38,032 nt of DNA from a virus (Duplodnaviria; Caudoviricetes). The DNA lies in the IMG/VR virus record IMGVR_UViG_3300037755_000547, positions 1-38,032 of that record; one strand, 5' to 3'. The notes under the pieces are model-generated. The model did no database searches. It saw nothing but the letters and a program-made list of their open reading frames with translations, and was not told the DNA's origin. Numbering within the stretch: position 1 is the first letter of the stretch; each line of letters starts with the position of its first letter. The position numbers and the translations under genes are program-made. Of the stretch, positions 9,132-18,345 are shown piece after piece.

Positions 9132-10046
9132 ATGACCACCGTCAACGACATGCTGTTCCAGTTCGGCGGCGTGCCTGCCGGACTGCCTCACATCAGCCCC
9201 TTCGGCGACCATTGGTTCGTCGACACCGAGTTCGGCGGCAACATCGACGGCAAGACCCCTGAAGGGGCTTTCAGGACGATGGCGCAGGCTTTGGCTGTCG
9301 CCGGATCGGGCGACGTCATCTACTTCACCGGCGACGTCCGGGAAGAGCTGACCGGCTCCAACCTCGTCTTCGACCTCAGCATCGTCGGCTGCGGCGGGAT
9401 CCATCACGCGGACCTTCCGGCGGCCGGCTACAAGACCGGCGCCGCTGCGTGGCGCCCGCCTGCAGCGCCCACGACGGCCACTCCGCTGCTCAAGGTGAGG
9501 GGCAGGGGCTGGAAGTTCTACAATATCCTGTTCGACGCACCGGTGGACGCCGCGGCGATCAAGCTGGAGCGCAACGCCTCATCCGGCACGAGCGAATACG
9601 ACTCGTCGCATGCGATCGTCGCCGGATGCCGGTTCGACGCCGGCCTGGTCGGGATCGAGAACTCCGGAGGCGCCTCGTTCTGCCAGGTCAGGGGGAATCT
9701 CTTCCGTGGCCTGACCGAAAGCGGCGGGGCCGGGATCAAGTGCACGAGCACGTCAGTCGCCGTGCCGCTGGCGTGGAGGATCGAGGACAATCACTTCCAC
9801 AACAACGCCAGCCACATCCTCTCATCGATGTCCTACAGCACGATCCGGAGGAACATCTTCGGCCGGTTCACCGCAACTCTGTCAGTCGACATCGACGATC
9901 AGCCGAGCGCGAACCAGGGCGAGTACAACGTCATCACCGAGAACTATCTCTCCGGAACCTACAGCGGCACCGCCTACCCGGCGGGCAGCAACAACGAGTG
10001 GGCGAATAACGCCAACGTCGCCGGACAGACCACGGCAGACCCATGA
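9132..10046 (+). CDS. Right-handed beta-helix protein, probably virion-associated
   Basis: WFVD...DGKTPEGAFRTMAQA...GDVIY followed by periodic xxNxF beta-helix repeats. Confidence 0.75.
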   Translation: MTTVNDMLFQFGGVPAGLPHISPFGDHWFVDTEFGGNIDGKTPEGAFRTMAQALAVAGSGDVIYFTGDVREELTGSNLVFDLSIVGCGGIHHADLPAAGYKTGAAAWRPPAAPTTATPLLKVRGRGWKFYNILFDAPVDAAAIKLERNASSGTSEYDSSHAIVAGCRFDAGLVGIENSGGASFCQVRGNLFRGLTESGGAGIKCTSTSVAVPLAWRIEDNHFHNNASHILSSMSYSTIRRNIFGRFTATLSVDIDDQPSANQGEYNVITENYLSGTYSGTAYPAGSNNEWANNANVAGQTTADP

Positions 10047-10411
10047 CCGCTACCGTCCTCATCGTGGAGGGTCCAACTCTCGCCGAGTTGGACCCTTCGG
10101 GGAGCATCGAGAGCTTCCTGCATTACACCGACCGCGACGGTCAGCGCTGGCCAATCACCACGAGGAACAGCGTCACCGCAGTGGAGGTACACACCTTCAA
10201 CGCGAAGACGCGCGCGTTCCTGGTCGTGGCGGAAGCCGGCGTCTGCGTGCTTCGAACCGACACCACGTCGGCGAGCGCCGACAACGTTGCTGCCGACGGC
10301 AGCGGCGGCGACATCAAAATTTCGGCTGACGGAACCGGAACGCCGCTGACGCAGTACGCGGGGGGCGTGAACCAGAACCACAGTTTCCTCGGGCTGATCG
10401 AAGCGAGCTGA
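10043..10411 (+). CDS. Hypothetical virion protein (122 aa)
   Basis: ATGA/TGATG coupling; beta-rich composition. Confidence 0.7.
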   Translation: MTATVLIVEGPTLAELDPSGSIESFLHYTDRDGQRWPITTRNSVTAVEVHTFNAKTRAFLVVAEAGVCVLRTDTTSASADNVAADGSGGDIKISADGTGTPLTQYAGGVNQNHSFLGLIEAS

Positions 10412-10756
10412 TGACTCGAATGCTATCCCCCCTGGCCAGCGTCTGGTCTGGCAATCTCCCCAGTGGGACCAGCCCGCCCCCGCCCCCGCCCCCGCCCCCG
10501 CCCCCTCCGCCGAGCGCCCCCGCATGGCTCACGGATCATGACCCGTTCGCCTTCGCCGGCGTGGATTACGAGTTCGACGAGTACTACGACCCCGTCGCGG
10601 GCGACACATGAGATTGTCGTTCGCCGCGCCGCCGGCGACACGACCATCGCCGTCGCCGCGCTCGTGGACGTGAACGAGATCGATCTGCTGGTCGACTATG
10701 CCGGGATCGCCGGGGCTGGAACCCTGGTCGAAGCCGTGTTTGCGAGGCCGATATGA
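10411..10756 (+). pseudogene. Split or internally deleted fibre-like gene (66-aa ORF 10411-10611 plus +1-frame tail to 10756)
   Basis: First frame stops at 10609-10611; natural sequence EIVVRRAAGDTTIAVAALVD... continues in the +1 frame without its own start and ends in an ATGA overlap with the next gene. Confidence 0.55.
10474..10503 (+). repeat. (CCGCCC)5 microsatellite within a 13-proline run
   Basis: Read directly from sequence. Confidence 0.95.
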
Positions 10757-11193
10757 CCTACACCGACCACCTCTTGGGCTTCCCGAACGAGAACGCCGCG
10801 CTGGGCGTGCTCATGGAGCACCACGATGGCGGGGTGTGGAAGGCCTACGTCTTCCCCGGCGTGCGCCCGATCCTGGCCCGAGCGACCTACGACGCAGAGG
10901 GCGTCGAACTGACGCCGGAGGACGTGCTGCCGGGCTACTGGGTCATGGTGTCGGTGCATGAGGCGTCCGCGCCCTTGCGCGCCGCAGCAGCGTTCGACTT
11001 CGCCTACAATAGAGCCACCGGCAAGGCGATCCAGAACGGCAAGCCGCTAGAGGATATCAACGCCATTATCGCGATCGACGGCGCGCCCTTCATCGCCCTG
11101 AGCCAAGCCGAGCAGCCCGTCGCCTATGGCCTGCTGGAAGCGGAGACCGTCGAGGAGCAGCCCGAGGGCGAGCTCTCCGGCAAGGGCGGCTGA
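10753..11193 (+). CDS. Putative tail-fibre assembly/chaperone-like protein
   Basis: TDHLLGFPNE..A start and YDAEGVELTP..LPGYWV motif typical of post-fibre genes. Confidence 0.6.
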   Translation: MTYTDHLLGFPNENAALGVLMEHHDGGVWKAYVFPGVRPILARATYDAEGVELTPEDVLPGYWVMVSVHEASAPLRAAAAFDFAYNRATGKAIQNGKPLEDINAIIAIDGAPFIALSQAEQPVAYGLLEAETVEEQPEGELSGKGG

Positions 11194-11223
11194 CCCCATG
11201 AGCCACGACGGAGGGTAACGCCG

Positions 11224-11523
11224 ATGACCGAGTGGGGCTGGAAGTCCGGCGATCCCTGGGCTCAGTGCGACGTCTGCGACTTCAAATACCGCAAGAGCCA
11301 GCTGAAGAAGCGCTGGGACGGCAAGTTTGCCTGCCCGGCGGACTTCGAAGAGCGCCAGCCGCAGGACTTCGTGCGCGCGCCGCGTGACATCGAAGCGGTG
11401 CGCGACGCGCGGCCGCCGCAGCCTGAGGCTTTGTCGTCCTACTCCAATTTGATCACGGACGGAGACAACGAGGCGATCCGCGCCAACGGCGACTTTGGCG
11501 GCCAATCGCTGACGAGGAGCTAG
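11224..11523 (+). CDS. Conserved Cys-motif virion morphogenesis protein
   Basis: CDVCDFKY...RWDGKFAC...EERQPQ...DARP; GGAGG RBS. Confidence 0.8.
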   Translation: MTEWGWKSGDPWAQCDVCDFKYRKSQLKKRWDGKFACPADFEERQPQDFVRAPRDIEAVRDARPPQPEALSSYSNLITDGDNEAIRANGDFGGQSLTRS

Positions 11524-13770
11524 ATGAAATTCGGAGAAGCGGTCAACACCGATACGGGAGCAGCGCAGAATGCGACCGCCGGCGATATTCAGGGCACCGA
11601 CAAGTTAGGCATCTGGCGCGGCGGCGCCGCTGCGCCCAACCAGTTTTGGAATATCAGCGTCGACGAGCTCCAGGCGCTCATGGCGCTGGACGCGGAGACA
11701 GCATGGGTCAGCGTCGGGGCTGAGCTAGCCGGAGACGGGACCGACGACAGCGCGGCCTTCTTGGCGGCGATTGCCGCCGGCGGGGCGGGCCACACGATCA
11801 CACTCGATCCGACCAGGACCTACGGCCTCGCCAGCGTGGTCTCGGTCGCCGTGGACGACATCACGATCCAGCTCAACGGGGCCAAGATCACCCTGCTCTC
11901 GGGGGCGACCAAGGCGTTCAACGTCACCGGGAGCCGGTTCAAGCTCTTCGGCCCCGGCACGATCGACTGCGCCGGACTCGGCCAGGGCGTTACGCTGTCC
12001 GGCGCCGGCCGCGGCCTGACAATCGGCGGCGACATCGTCATCCTGAACGCCAAGCAGCGCGTGATCAATGTCACCGACGCCTTCGGCGATGATCCGAGCG
12101 AAGCGATTCGGATCGGCAATCTCCTCGCCCGCTGGGACGCCGACAAGATCGCGCTCTGCAACACCGTCCTGCCGCTCTGGATCAACATCCAGGGCACGGC
12201 GGCGACGGATGTCGACAATATCTGGCTGAAGAACGTCCTCATCGACATGAGCAACTGGAGCCTCCAGCAGGTCGCGGAGGTCAGCTATCCGTCAGGGAGC
12301 GCCAACCAGAACGTCATCGGCTACCGATTGAACCAGAGCGGAACCGGGTGGATCAGGCGGCACAGCCTGGAAGGCTGCGTCATGCTCTATCCGATCGGGA
12401 CGGACCCCTCGGACTGGGATCCGGAAAGCTACGACAGCAACCCGGCGGACAGCTCCGGCGTGAGACGCCCCACCTGCGCCGAGATCAAGACCAGCACGAT
12501 CGGACAGGTCGAGGCCGGCGTCTACGAGGACTACGACTTCGAGGGAGGCGACCTGCAATGGAGCTTCGGCGACGTCGCCGGCCTTCTGCGCCTCGGCCTC
12601 GGGCGCTGCGTGCAGCCGACGCACTACTGCGTCGAAGTTGGGAACTGCGACGCGTTCGAGACGACGCCTGGCAGCGTGTTCGACGGCCGCAACGCCTGGC
12701 GGCCGATCACGGCGACCAACTGCCCGGTCGTGCGCGTTCGGCACTGCCACATCATCGGGCCGAAGACCTACGCCGGCGCGCCCGGCCCCGGCATGTGCAT
12801 CTATGTCGACGACGACGTGCACATTCTGGACCTGCACGGGAGCACGTTTGAAAACATCGCCGCCAACGCTGGCGAATCGCTGCTCCGTCCTGGCTCCGCC
12901 GATGTGATCGACCTCTCGAACACCTATTGGAAGGCGGTCGGGGCGGGCACGATCTGCATCGACCACCCGTCCGGCACGATCGGGATCCTCAATCTGCACA
13001 AAGCGGACTTCGAGGGCGCGGTCGGCGTTGGCGCGGCGATCGACAACGCCGGCACGATCACGTCTCTGTTCGCGACCCACATCACCGGCCACGACAATGC
13101 CGGCGGCTTCGTGAACACCGGCACGGTGACGAAGCTCTCCGCCTCCGAAACATCGGGGATCAGCGGACTGCCAGAGAGCTATCTTTTTGCCTATAACGGC
13201 GTGGTTGGGCAAACCGACACGGGGATCCTCAGGCTGTTCGGCGACCATAACGCGACGCTCAGCGTCGATGTCAAGGACGACGGCTCGCTTAACATCAACA
13301 CGAACGGCTCGACCGCGGCCGACACGGGCGCCGACAATCTCGTCATCCGCCAGGAGAACGGCAATGCGGGCGCCAGCATCTTGGCCGGCGCGAGCAACTT
13401 CTCGGCGCTTTACCTCGGGCGCGCCGGATCTCTGTTCGCAGGCGGCTTCGACTATTCCCACGCCTCCGACACGCTGCGGGCCTATGCGGCCGGCGTCATC
13501 CGCGTGACGCTCACGGCGACGGCGCTCGAAGCGACCACGAACCTGCGCGTGCTGAACGGAACCGCCATACCCGCTGGGGGCACGGCTGGGGCGGGCTACA
13601 AGTTTTCGTCGGCGACGAACTTCGGGGTGTTCTTCGGCTCGGGCGCACCAAGCCTCGCGGCCGCCAAGGGGTCGCTCTACCTGCGCAGCGACGGCTCCGG
13701 CACGAACGACCGCGCCTACATAAACACCGACGGAAGCACGACCTGGACGGCTCTCGTCACCGTCGCCTAA
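11524..13770 (+). CDS. Tailspike / receptor-binding protein with pectin-lyase-like beta-helix
   Basis: GDGTDDSAAFLAAIAA motif, beta-helix repeats, C-terminal GSLYLRSDG...W motif. Confidence 0.85.
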   Translation: MKFGEAVNTDTGAAQNATAGDIQGTDKLGIWRGGAAAPNQFWNISVDELQALMALDAETAWVSVGAELAGDGTDDSAAFLAAIAAGGAGHTITLDPTRTYGLASVVSVAVDDITIQLNGAKITLLSGATKAFNVTGSRFKLFGPGTIDCAGLGQGVTLSGAGRGLTIGGDIVILNAKQRVINVTDAFGDDPSEAIRIGNLLARWDADKIALCNTVLPLWINIQGTAATDVDNIWLKNVLIDMSNWSLQQVAEVSYPSGSANQNVIGYRLNQSGTGWIRRHSLEGCVMLYPIGTDPSDWDPESYDSNPADSSGVRRPTCAEIKTSTIGQVEAGVYEDYDFEGGDLQWSFGDVAGLLRLGLGRCVQPTHYCVEVGNCDAFETTPGSVFDGRNAWRPITATNCPVVRVRHCHIIGPKTYAGAPGPGMCIYVDDDVHILDLHGSTFENIAANAGESLLRPGSADVIDLSNTYWKAVGAGTICIDHPSGTIGILNLHKADFEGAVGVGAAIDNAGTITSLFATHITGHDNAGGFVNTGTVTKLSASETSGISGLPESYLFAYNGVVGQTDTGILRLFGDHNATLSVDVKDDGSLNINTNGSTAADTGADNLVIRQENGNAGASILAGASNFSALYLGRAGSLFAGGFDYSHASDTLRAYAAGVIRVTLTATALEATTNLRVLNGTAIPAGGTAGAGYKFSSATNFGVFFGSGAPSLAAAKGSLYLRSDGSGTNDRAYINTDGSTTWTALVTVA

Positions 13771-13846
13771 AGGCGCTCGCTTGGGGCGTCCGGCGGGCGA
13801 TGCGTGGGCGCGCAGGCGCCGTCAGCGCAGGGGTCCACCCCTGGGG

Positions 13847-14116
13847 CTACGCGATCTTCTGACGCCGACGCCACGCGATCTCTGCGCGAGTGAGCATGTC
13901 GATGTCTTCCTGCGTATCGAACGAGTCGTAGGGCAGCGAGGCGAGGACAGCTGCGCGCGCAACCAGAAAGGCCTCGAACCGGGCCAGCGCCTTGGCTCTC
14001 CCCACGAGAGAGAGGTGCGCGGTCGCCTCGATCAGGGCCCGGCGCGCGTCGTCAACTGTCGGCTCATTCGCCAGAATGGCCTCGATCCCCTCGTCCAGGT
14101 CGATGTGGTCGGTCAT
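13847..14116 (-). CDS. Antisense moron-like hypothetical protein (89 aa)
   Basis: Fills the gap between tail genes; GGAG/AGGA RBS; TAGGGT box upstream. Confidence 0.7.
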   Translation of the reverse strand: MTDHIDLDEGIEAILANEPTVDDARRALIEATAHLSLVGRAKALARFEAFLVARAAVLASLPYDSFDTQEDIDMLTRAEIAWRRRQKIA

Positions 14117-14145
14117 GTCCTGTCTCCATAGAGCCGAGCGAACAA

Positions 14146-14151
14146 ACCCTA
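14146..14151 (-). promoter_or_regulatory. Putative -10 box TAGGGT for the 13847-14116 gene
   Basis: Same AAACCCTA motif as at 21685-21692, both upstream of antisense ORFs. Confidence 0.4.
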
Positions 14152-14167
14152 AAGCGAAAGAGGAAAA

Positions 14168-14845
14168 ATGGCTACCAGCGGGTCTGTCGATTGGAAATTA
14201 TCGGCCGGCGATATTTGCACGCGTGCGGCGCGTCTCTTGGGGCGCCTGGGTGGCGCCCAGACGCTCCCCGGCGACGTGTCCGCCACTCTGCTGACGATCT
14301 TCAACGGCTACGTGAAGAGCCTGCGCAGCCGCGGCGTCATGCTGCACGCGCTGTTCCAGGACAGCTTTTCTCTGACCAATGCGACGCCGAGCTACACGCT
14401 TTCCCCGCGCGTGCTCTCGGCGAGCAATTTCCGCTACCGCCCGAGCGGGGGAAGCGACCGCATCCTGCGCGAGATCACCCGTTCGGAATATCTGGACATC
14501 CCGAACAAGACGAGCGCGGGCGATCCGAGCATGGTCTACTTGGACCAGCAGCTCGGCGTCTCCACGCTCTACGTCTGGCAGGTGCAGACGACGGGCTCGG
14601 GGGCGCTCCACTTCAGCGCCGAGCGCATCCTCGAGGACCTCGACTCGATTTCAAACGACGTCGACTTCGACCCGGAATATCAGCACCCGCTCGTCTGGAA
14701 CCTGGCCGCCGAGGCGGCTCCGGAGTTCACCGACGTGGGATCGACCCGCGTCCAGTACATCATCAGCCACGCCGCCGAGCTTGAGGGCGACATGCTCGCC
14801 GCCTCGCGCCCCGCGTTTTACTCGTTCTTGCCGGACTACGATTAG
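14168..14845 (+). CDS. Head-tail adaptor / tail tubular-like protein
   Basis: MATSGSVDW start, RSEYLDIPNKTSAGDPS, LVWNLAAE motifs; GAGGA RBS. Confidence 0.8.
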   Translation: MATSGSVDWKLSAGDICTRAARLLGRLGGAQTLPGDVSATLLTIFNGYVKSLRSRGVMLHALFQDSFSLTNATPSYTLSPRVLSASNFRYRPSGGSDRILREITRSEYLDIPNKTSAGDPSMVYLDQQLGVSTLYVWQVQTTGSGALHFSAERILEDLDSISNDVDFDPEYQHPLVWNLAAEAAPEFTDVGSTRVQYIISHAAELEGDMLAASRPAFYSFLPDYD

Positions 14846-16288
14846 ATGCCGCGCGCTGAGCTGGCCAAGCGCTGGTTCGACGAAGAGGACGGGCTGCCGC
14901 CGGAGAAGCTGATCAACTGCTTCGCGGTCCCGTTCGACGATCCCTACAAGGGCGCGGCCTGGAAGATCACGCACGTTCCAGGACTCGGGACGGCGACGGC
15001 GTCAATCGCGGCGGCCGGCCGCGGACTCTGGTACGATCCGAACACGATCGATGCGCGGCTGATCGGGGTGTTCGGGACCGACTTCTACACATTCGATTCA
15101 AGCTTCGTCGGCACCGACCGGGGCAACGTGGCGAGCTCGACCCGGCTGGCGAAGTTCGCCGCCAGCCCGACCCGGCTGCAGGTGCTCTCCGGCCAGACGC
15201 TCTATAGCTGGGACGGAACGACGCTGACGGCGGTCACCGACGCCGATCTGCCTGGCTCTGGAACCGGCGTCGAGGACATCGCCTATCTCGGCCAGCGTCA
15301 TCTCGCGATCGACGCCGACAGCCATAACGTCTTCTACAGCGATCTCGGCTCATCGACGAGCTACACGGCGCTCGGCTACCTTGAGGCGAGCTACGACGCC
15401 GATTGGGCGGTCGCGCTCTGCACGACGAACGATACGCTCTACATCTTCGGCAAGCAGTCGATCGAGCTTTGGGGCGTCACGACCGACGCGGACAATCCGT
15501 ATCAGCGCCGGCTCGGCATCGTGATCGAGGTCGGATGCTTGGCGCGGGATTCGGTGGTGCGGGCCGACGGGGCGATCTGGTTCGTCTCGAGCGAGCATGC
15601 GCTCTGCCGGCTCGCGGGCGGCGCGGTGACGCGCGTGCCGCGGTCGCGGTGGCTTTCCAAGAAGATCGAGGCGCTCAGCAACGCCAACCAGGCGCTCATC
15701 GAGTGCCAGACCTTCATCTGGAACGACCAGACCATCATTCAGGTGAGCCTGCCGAGCGCTGGGACCTTCTGGTTCAACGTGGCGACGGGGGAGTGGTGCG
15801 AGCGCGCCACGGCGGGAGCGAGCGAGGCGGCCTGCCGAGTGTGGACGCAGAACCGGCAGAAGGGCGGCACCGGCAAGGCGTACGGCGTGCTCTGCGCCGG
15901 CGGGAGGACGGCCGATCTCTACACGCCGACGGGGTCGAAGTTCACCGACGGGGCGAGCGCGATCACGCGGACCTTCACCGCCTTCATCCCGTCCGACCGC
16001 GCCGGCGTCGATGTGAACACCATCTGCGTGGTGGGAACGCCGGGCCGGATCGCGACCGGGGCCGACCCGGCGCTTGCCCTGCGCTGCAGCCACAACGGCG
16101 GCCAGAGTCTGGAGGACGCCATCTCCCGCAGCTTCGGCGTCACCGGCGCCTACGGCGAAGCGAGCGTCTGGCAGAACCCGACCGGCTCGATCGGGCCGCA
16201 GGGGCTCTACATGCAGTTTTCGACTCCCGCCGCGGCGCCGTTCGATGTCGTCAAGGTTACGGTGAACGAGGACATGCCGCTCCGATGA
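14846..16288 (+). CDS. P22 gp10-like DNA stabilisation (nozzle) protein
   Basis: 480 aa; FGKQSIELW, IEVGCLARDS, TFWFNVATGEW.ER and SHNGGQS motifs. Confidence 0.85.
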   Translation: MPRAELAKRWFDEEDGLPPEKLINCFAVPFDDPYKGAAWKITHVPGLGTATASIAAAGRGLWYDPNTIDARLIGVFGTDFYTFDSSFVGTDRGNVASSTRLAKFAASPTRLQVLSGQTLYSWDGTTLTAVTDADLPGSGTGVEDIAYLGQRHLAIDADSHNVFYSDLGSSTSYTALGYLEASYDADWAVALCTTNDTLYIFGKQSIELWGVTTDADNPYQRRLGIVIEVGCLARDSVVRADGAIWFVSSEHALCRLAGGAVTRVPRSRWLSKKIEALSNANQALIECQTFIWNDQTIIQVSLPSAGTFWFNVATGEWCERATAGASEAACRVWTQNRQKGGTGKAYGVLCAGGRTADLYTPTGSKFTDGASAITRTFTAFIPSDRAGVDVNTICVVGTPGRIATGADPALALRCSHNGGQSLEDAISRSFGVTGAYGEASVWQNPTGSIGPQGLYMQFSTPAAAPFDVVKVTVNEDMPLR

Positions 16289-17205
16289 CCGCTGTCGAGC
16301 AGCAGATCGTGATCCCGGTCTTCTGGATCAACCTGATTCGCAATGGCGTCACTTTCAAAGGCGAGTCCATCATCCCGCCAGATCCAATGGCGGCGGGTGC
16401 TTTCGAAGCGCTGTTCCGCGCGGCGACGAGCCCGGACGGGACGTCCAAGATCGTGGGCGACCGCTTCGCATCGATCGCGAACGGTAAGGAGGCTGTCTAC
16501 ATCGGCGAGCGCGCCGTCGTCGGGTCGCGCTTCGATATCGGCACGCTGCTGAATTTCTGGCTGCAGGGCGGCGCGACCCCGCTCCAGTTCATGACCAATG
16601 AAGGCTCGATGCTGACCTTAGGTCCCGGCTTTGGAGTGAGCTCGGACCTGCTGTTCTGGTTCGGCGGCTTCGCTGCAGGAGCGGAGACCTGCACCAAGGA
16701 AAACGGCGTTCTCGCCCTCACCACGAACGGGAAAATCTATCAGGGCGGCGTGCTGACCTCGTCCGACACGGAAACCTCGACGGCGGAAAGCTACTCCACA
16801 TCGGGCTCGCTCAGTATTCAGACCACGCACGGGCCGGGCGACACCGCGAACGGCAACGACATCACCGTGCGCGCCTCCTATTCCTTCTACGCGACCGGCT
16901 CATCGAGCACGCCCTGGAGCGACCCGAGCGCCCAGCTGAAGCTCTGGGAGACGATCGGCGCCGGCGCGGAGACGCTGGTAGACACCTACGACCTGCCGGC
17001 CGACTTCGGCACGGCGTCCTCCCTGGTGGCGTTCGAGCCGCCCGCGCTGTTCACCGGCTTTCAGCAGATGTCGGGATCGATCGAGGAGGTGCGGACCAAC
17101 GCCGCGGCCACGACTCGCGTGTACCGCTGGGAGCTGGTCTCCCGCAGCGCCGTTCTGACGCCAACCATGCAGTACGTGAACGTCAACACGACCGAGCCGC
17201 CATGA
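16285..17205 (+). CDS. Putative tail protein (306 aa; true start 16285 rather than 15403)
   Basis: ATGA overlap with gp10-like gene; Ser/Thr-rich beta composition; tail-needle position. Confidence 0.7.
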   Translation: MTAVEQQIVIPVFWINLIRNGVTFKGESIIPPDPMAAGAFEALFRAATSPDGTSKIVGDRFASIANGKEAVYIGERAVVGSRFDIGTLLNFWLQGGATPLQFMTNEGSMLTLGPGFGVSSDLLFWFGGFAAGAETCTKENGVLALTTNGKIYQGGVLTSSDTETSTAESYSTSGSLSIQTTHGPGDTANGNDITVRASYSFYATGSSSTPWSDPSAQLKLWETIGAGAETLVDTYDLPADFGTASSLVAFEPPALFTGFQQMSGSIEEVRTNAAATTRVYRWELVSRSAVLTPTMQYVNVNTTEPP

Positions 17206-17265
17206 TCGCCCGCGTCGAAACGGCCGAAGAGCCGGCCTTGTGCCGGCTGCTCGCCTGCAACGGCC

Positions 17266-18345
17266 ATGTCCCGAAGGAAATCTCATGACAACGATGGAGA
17301 GTGTGTCTTCATAGGAGCTCTAATCGGAGCCGCCCTCGGGATCGGCAGCGCCATCATCGGTGGGAAAGCGCAGAGCAAGGCCGCCAACACCATCGCCGGC
17401 GCCTCCAATTCCGCCGCCGCGATGATGGACCAGCAGTATCAGCAGACGCGCACCGATCTGGCTCCCTATCGGGCGTCCGGCGAGGCGGCCAACTCGGCGG
17501 CCGCGGCGATGCTGGGGCTCAATCCTGGCAGCACCGCCGCCGGGCGTGAGGCGGCCAACGCGCCAGACCTGCAGGCCTATCTGCAGGCCAACCCCGACGT
17601 GGCGCGCGCCTTCCAGCAGCAGATGGCGAACCCGAAGGGCGCCGAGCTTCTGGCCCGCGAGGGCGTGCGCACGCTCGAGGACTTCGCGCGCCTGCACTAT
17701 CAGCGCTACGGCCAGGCCGAGGGCCGCCAGATGCCCACGGTGGGACAGGCACAAGCCGCGGGCCAAGCGCAAGCCGCGGGCCAGCCGCCGACCACCGGCT
17801 CCGGCGTTCCGACCACCGAAGGAAGCGGCGGGGGGGGCTCCAGCCTGGAGCAGCTGTTCAACCTGATTCCGGGATCGCGAGAGTCCGCCGACTACGCTCT
17901 ACAGCAGGTCCAGCAACGTCAGGTCGGGACCGGCGTCAGCGGCGGCGGCGCGGCGAAGGAGCTGATGGATAGAGCGCTGCTCATTGGTCCCGACCTGCGC
18001 AACAACGAGCTGTCGCTCCTGATGAACATGTCCGGCCAGGGCCATGGCGCGGCGACCTCGACCGGCCAGTTCGGCGCCAACGCCACCACCAACAGCGCGA
18101 GCGCCATGATGAACGCCGCGGACGCTCGGGCCTCGAGCTACGCGAACAATCCGTGGGCAGAAGGCCTCGGCGTGGCTTCCGGCTATGCGCTTGGCGGCGG
18201 GCTCGACGGCGCGGTCAAGGGTGTGGGCGATTGGTTGAACAGTCGCAAGAAAACCGGAAGCAGCTCGACCATCACGCCTGGGGCCTACGTCTCCAAATAC
18301 AAGCCGCAACCCTACGGCGCGGCCAAGCTCATGGGGGCATACTGA
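17266..18345 (+). CDS. P22 gp7-like ejection (DNA pilot) protein; start uncertain
   Basis: GALIGAALGIGSAIIGG...QQYQQTRTDLAPYRASG signature; Gly/Ala-rich C-terminus. Confidence 0.8.
   Translation: MSRRKSHDNDGECVFIGALIGAALGIGSAIIGGKAQSKAANTIAGASNSAAAMMDQQYQQTRTDLAPYRASGEAANSAAAAMLGLNPGSTAAGREAANAPDLQAYLQANPDVARAFQQQMANPKGAELLAREGVRTLEDFARLHYQRYGQAEGRQMPTVGQAQAAGQAQAAGQPPTTGSGVPTTEGSGGGGSSLEQLFNLIPGSRESADYALQQVQQRQVGTGVSGGGAAKELMDRALLIGPDLRNNELSLLMNMSGQGHGAATSTGQFGANATTNSASAMMNAADARASSYANNPWAEGLGVASGYALGGGLDGAVKGVGDWLNSRKKTGSSSTITPGAYVSKYKPQPYGAAKLMGAY

Noticed and set aside
6165-9407. Long minus-strand ORFs (535 aa, 464 aa) and similar shadows across the late operon
   Set aside because: Antisense shadows of high-GC genes; no motifs or RBS
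9132-13770. Diversity-generating retroelement acting on fibre genes
   Set aside because: No reverse transcriptase and no adenine-mismatched TR/VR pair noticed
15403-16284. N-terminal 294 aa of the 600-aa ORF
   Set aside because: Arg-rich alternative frame inside the gp10-like gene; the real start is 16285 with an ATGA overlap
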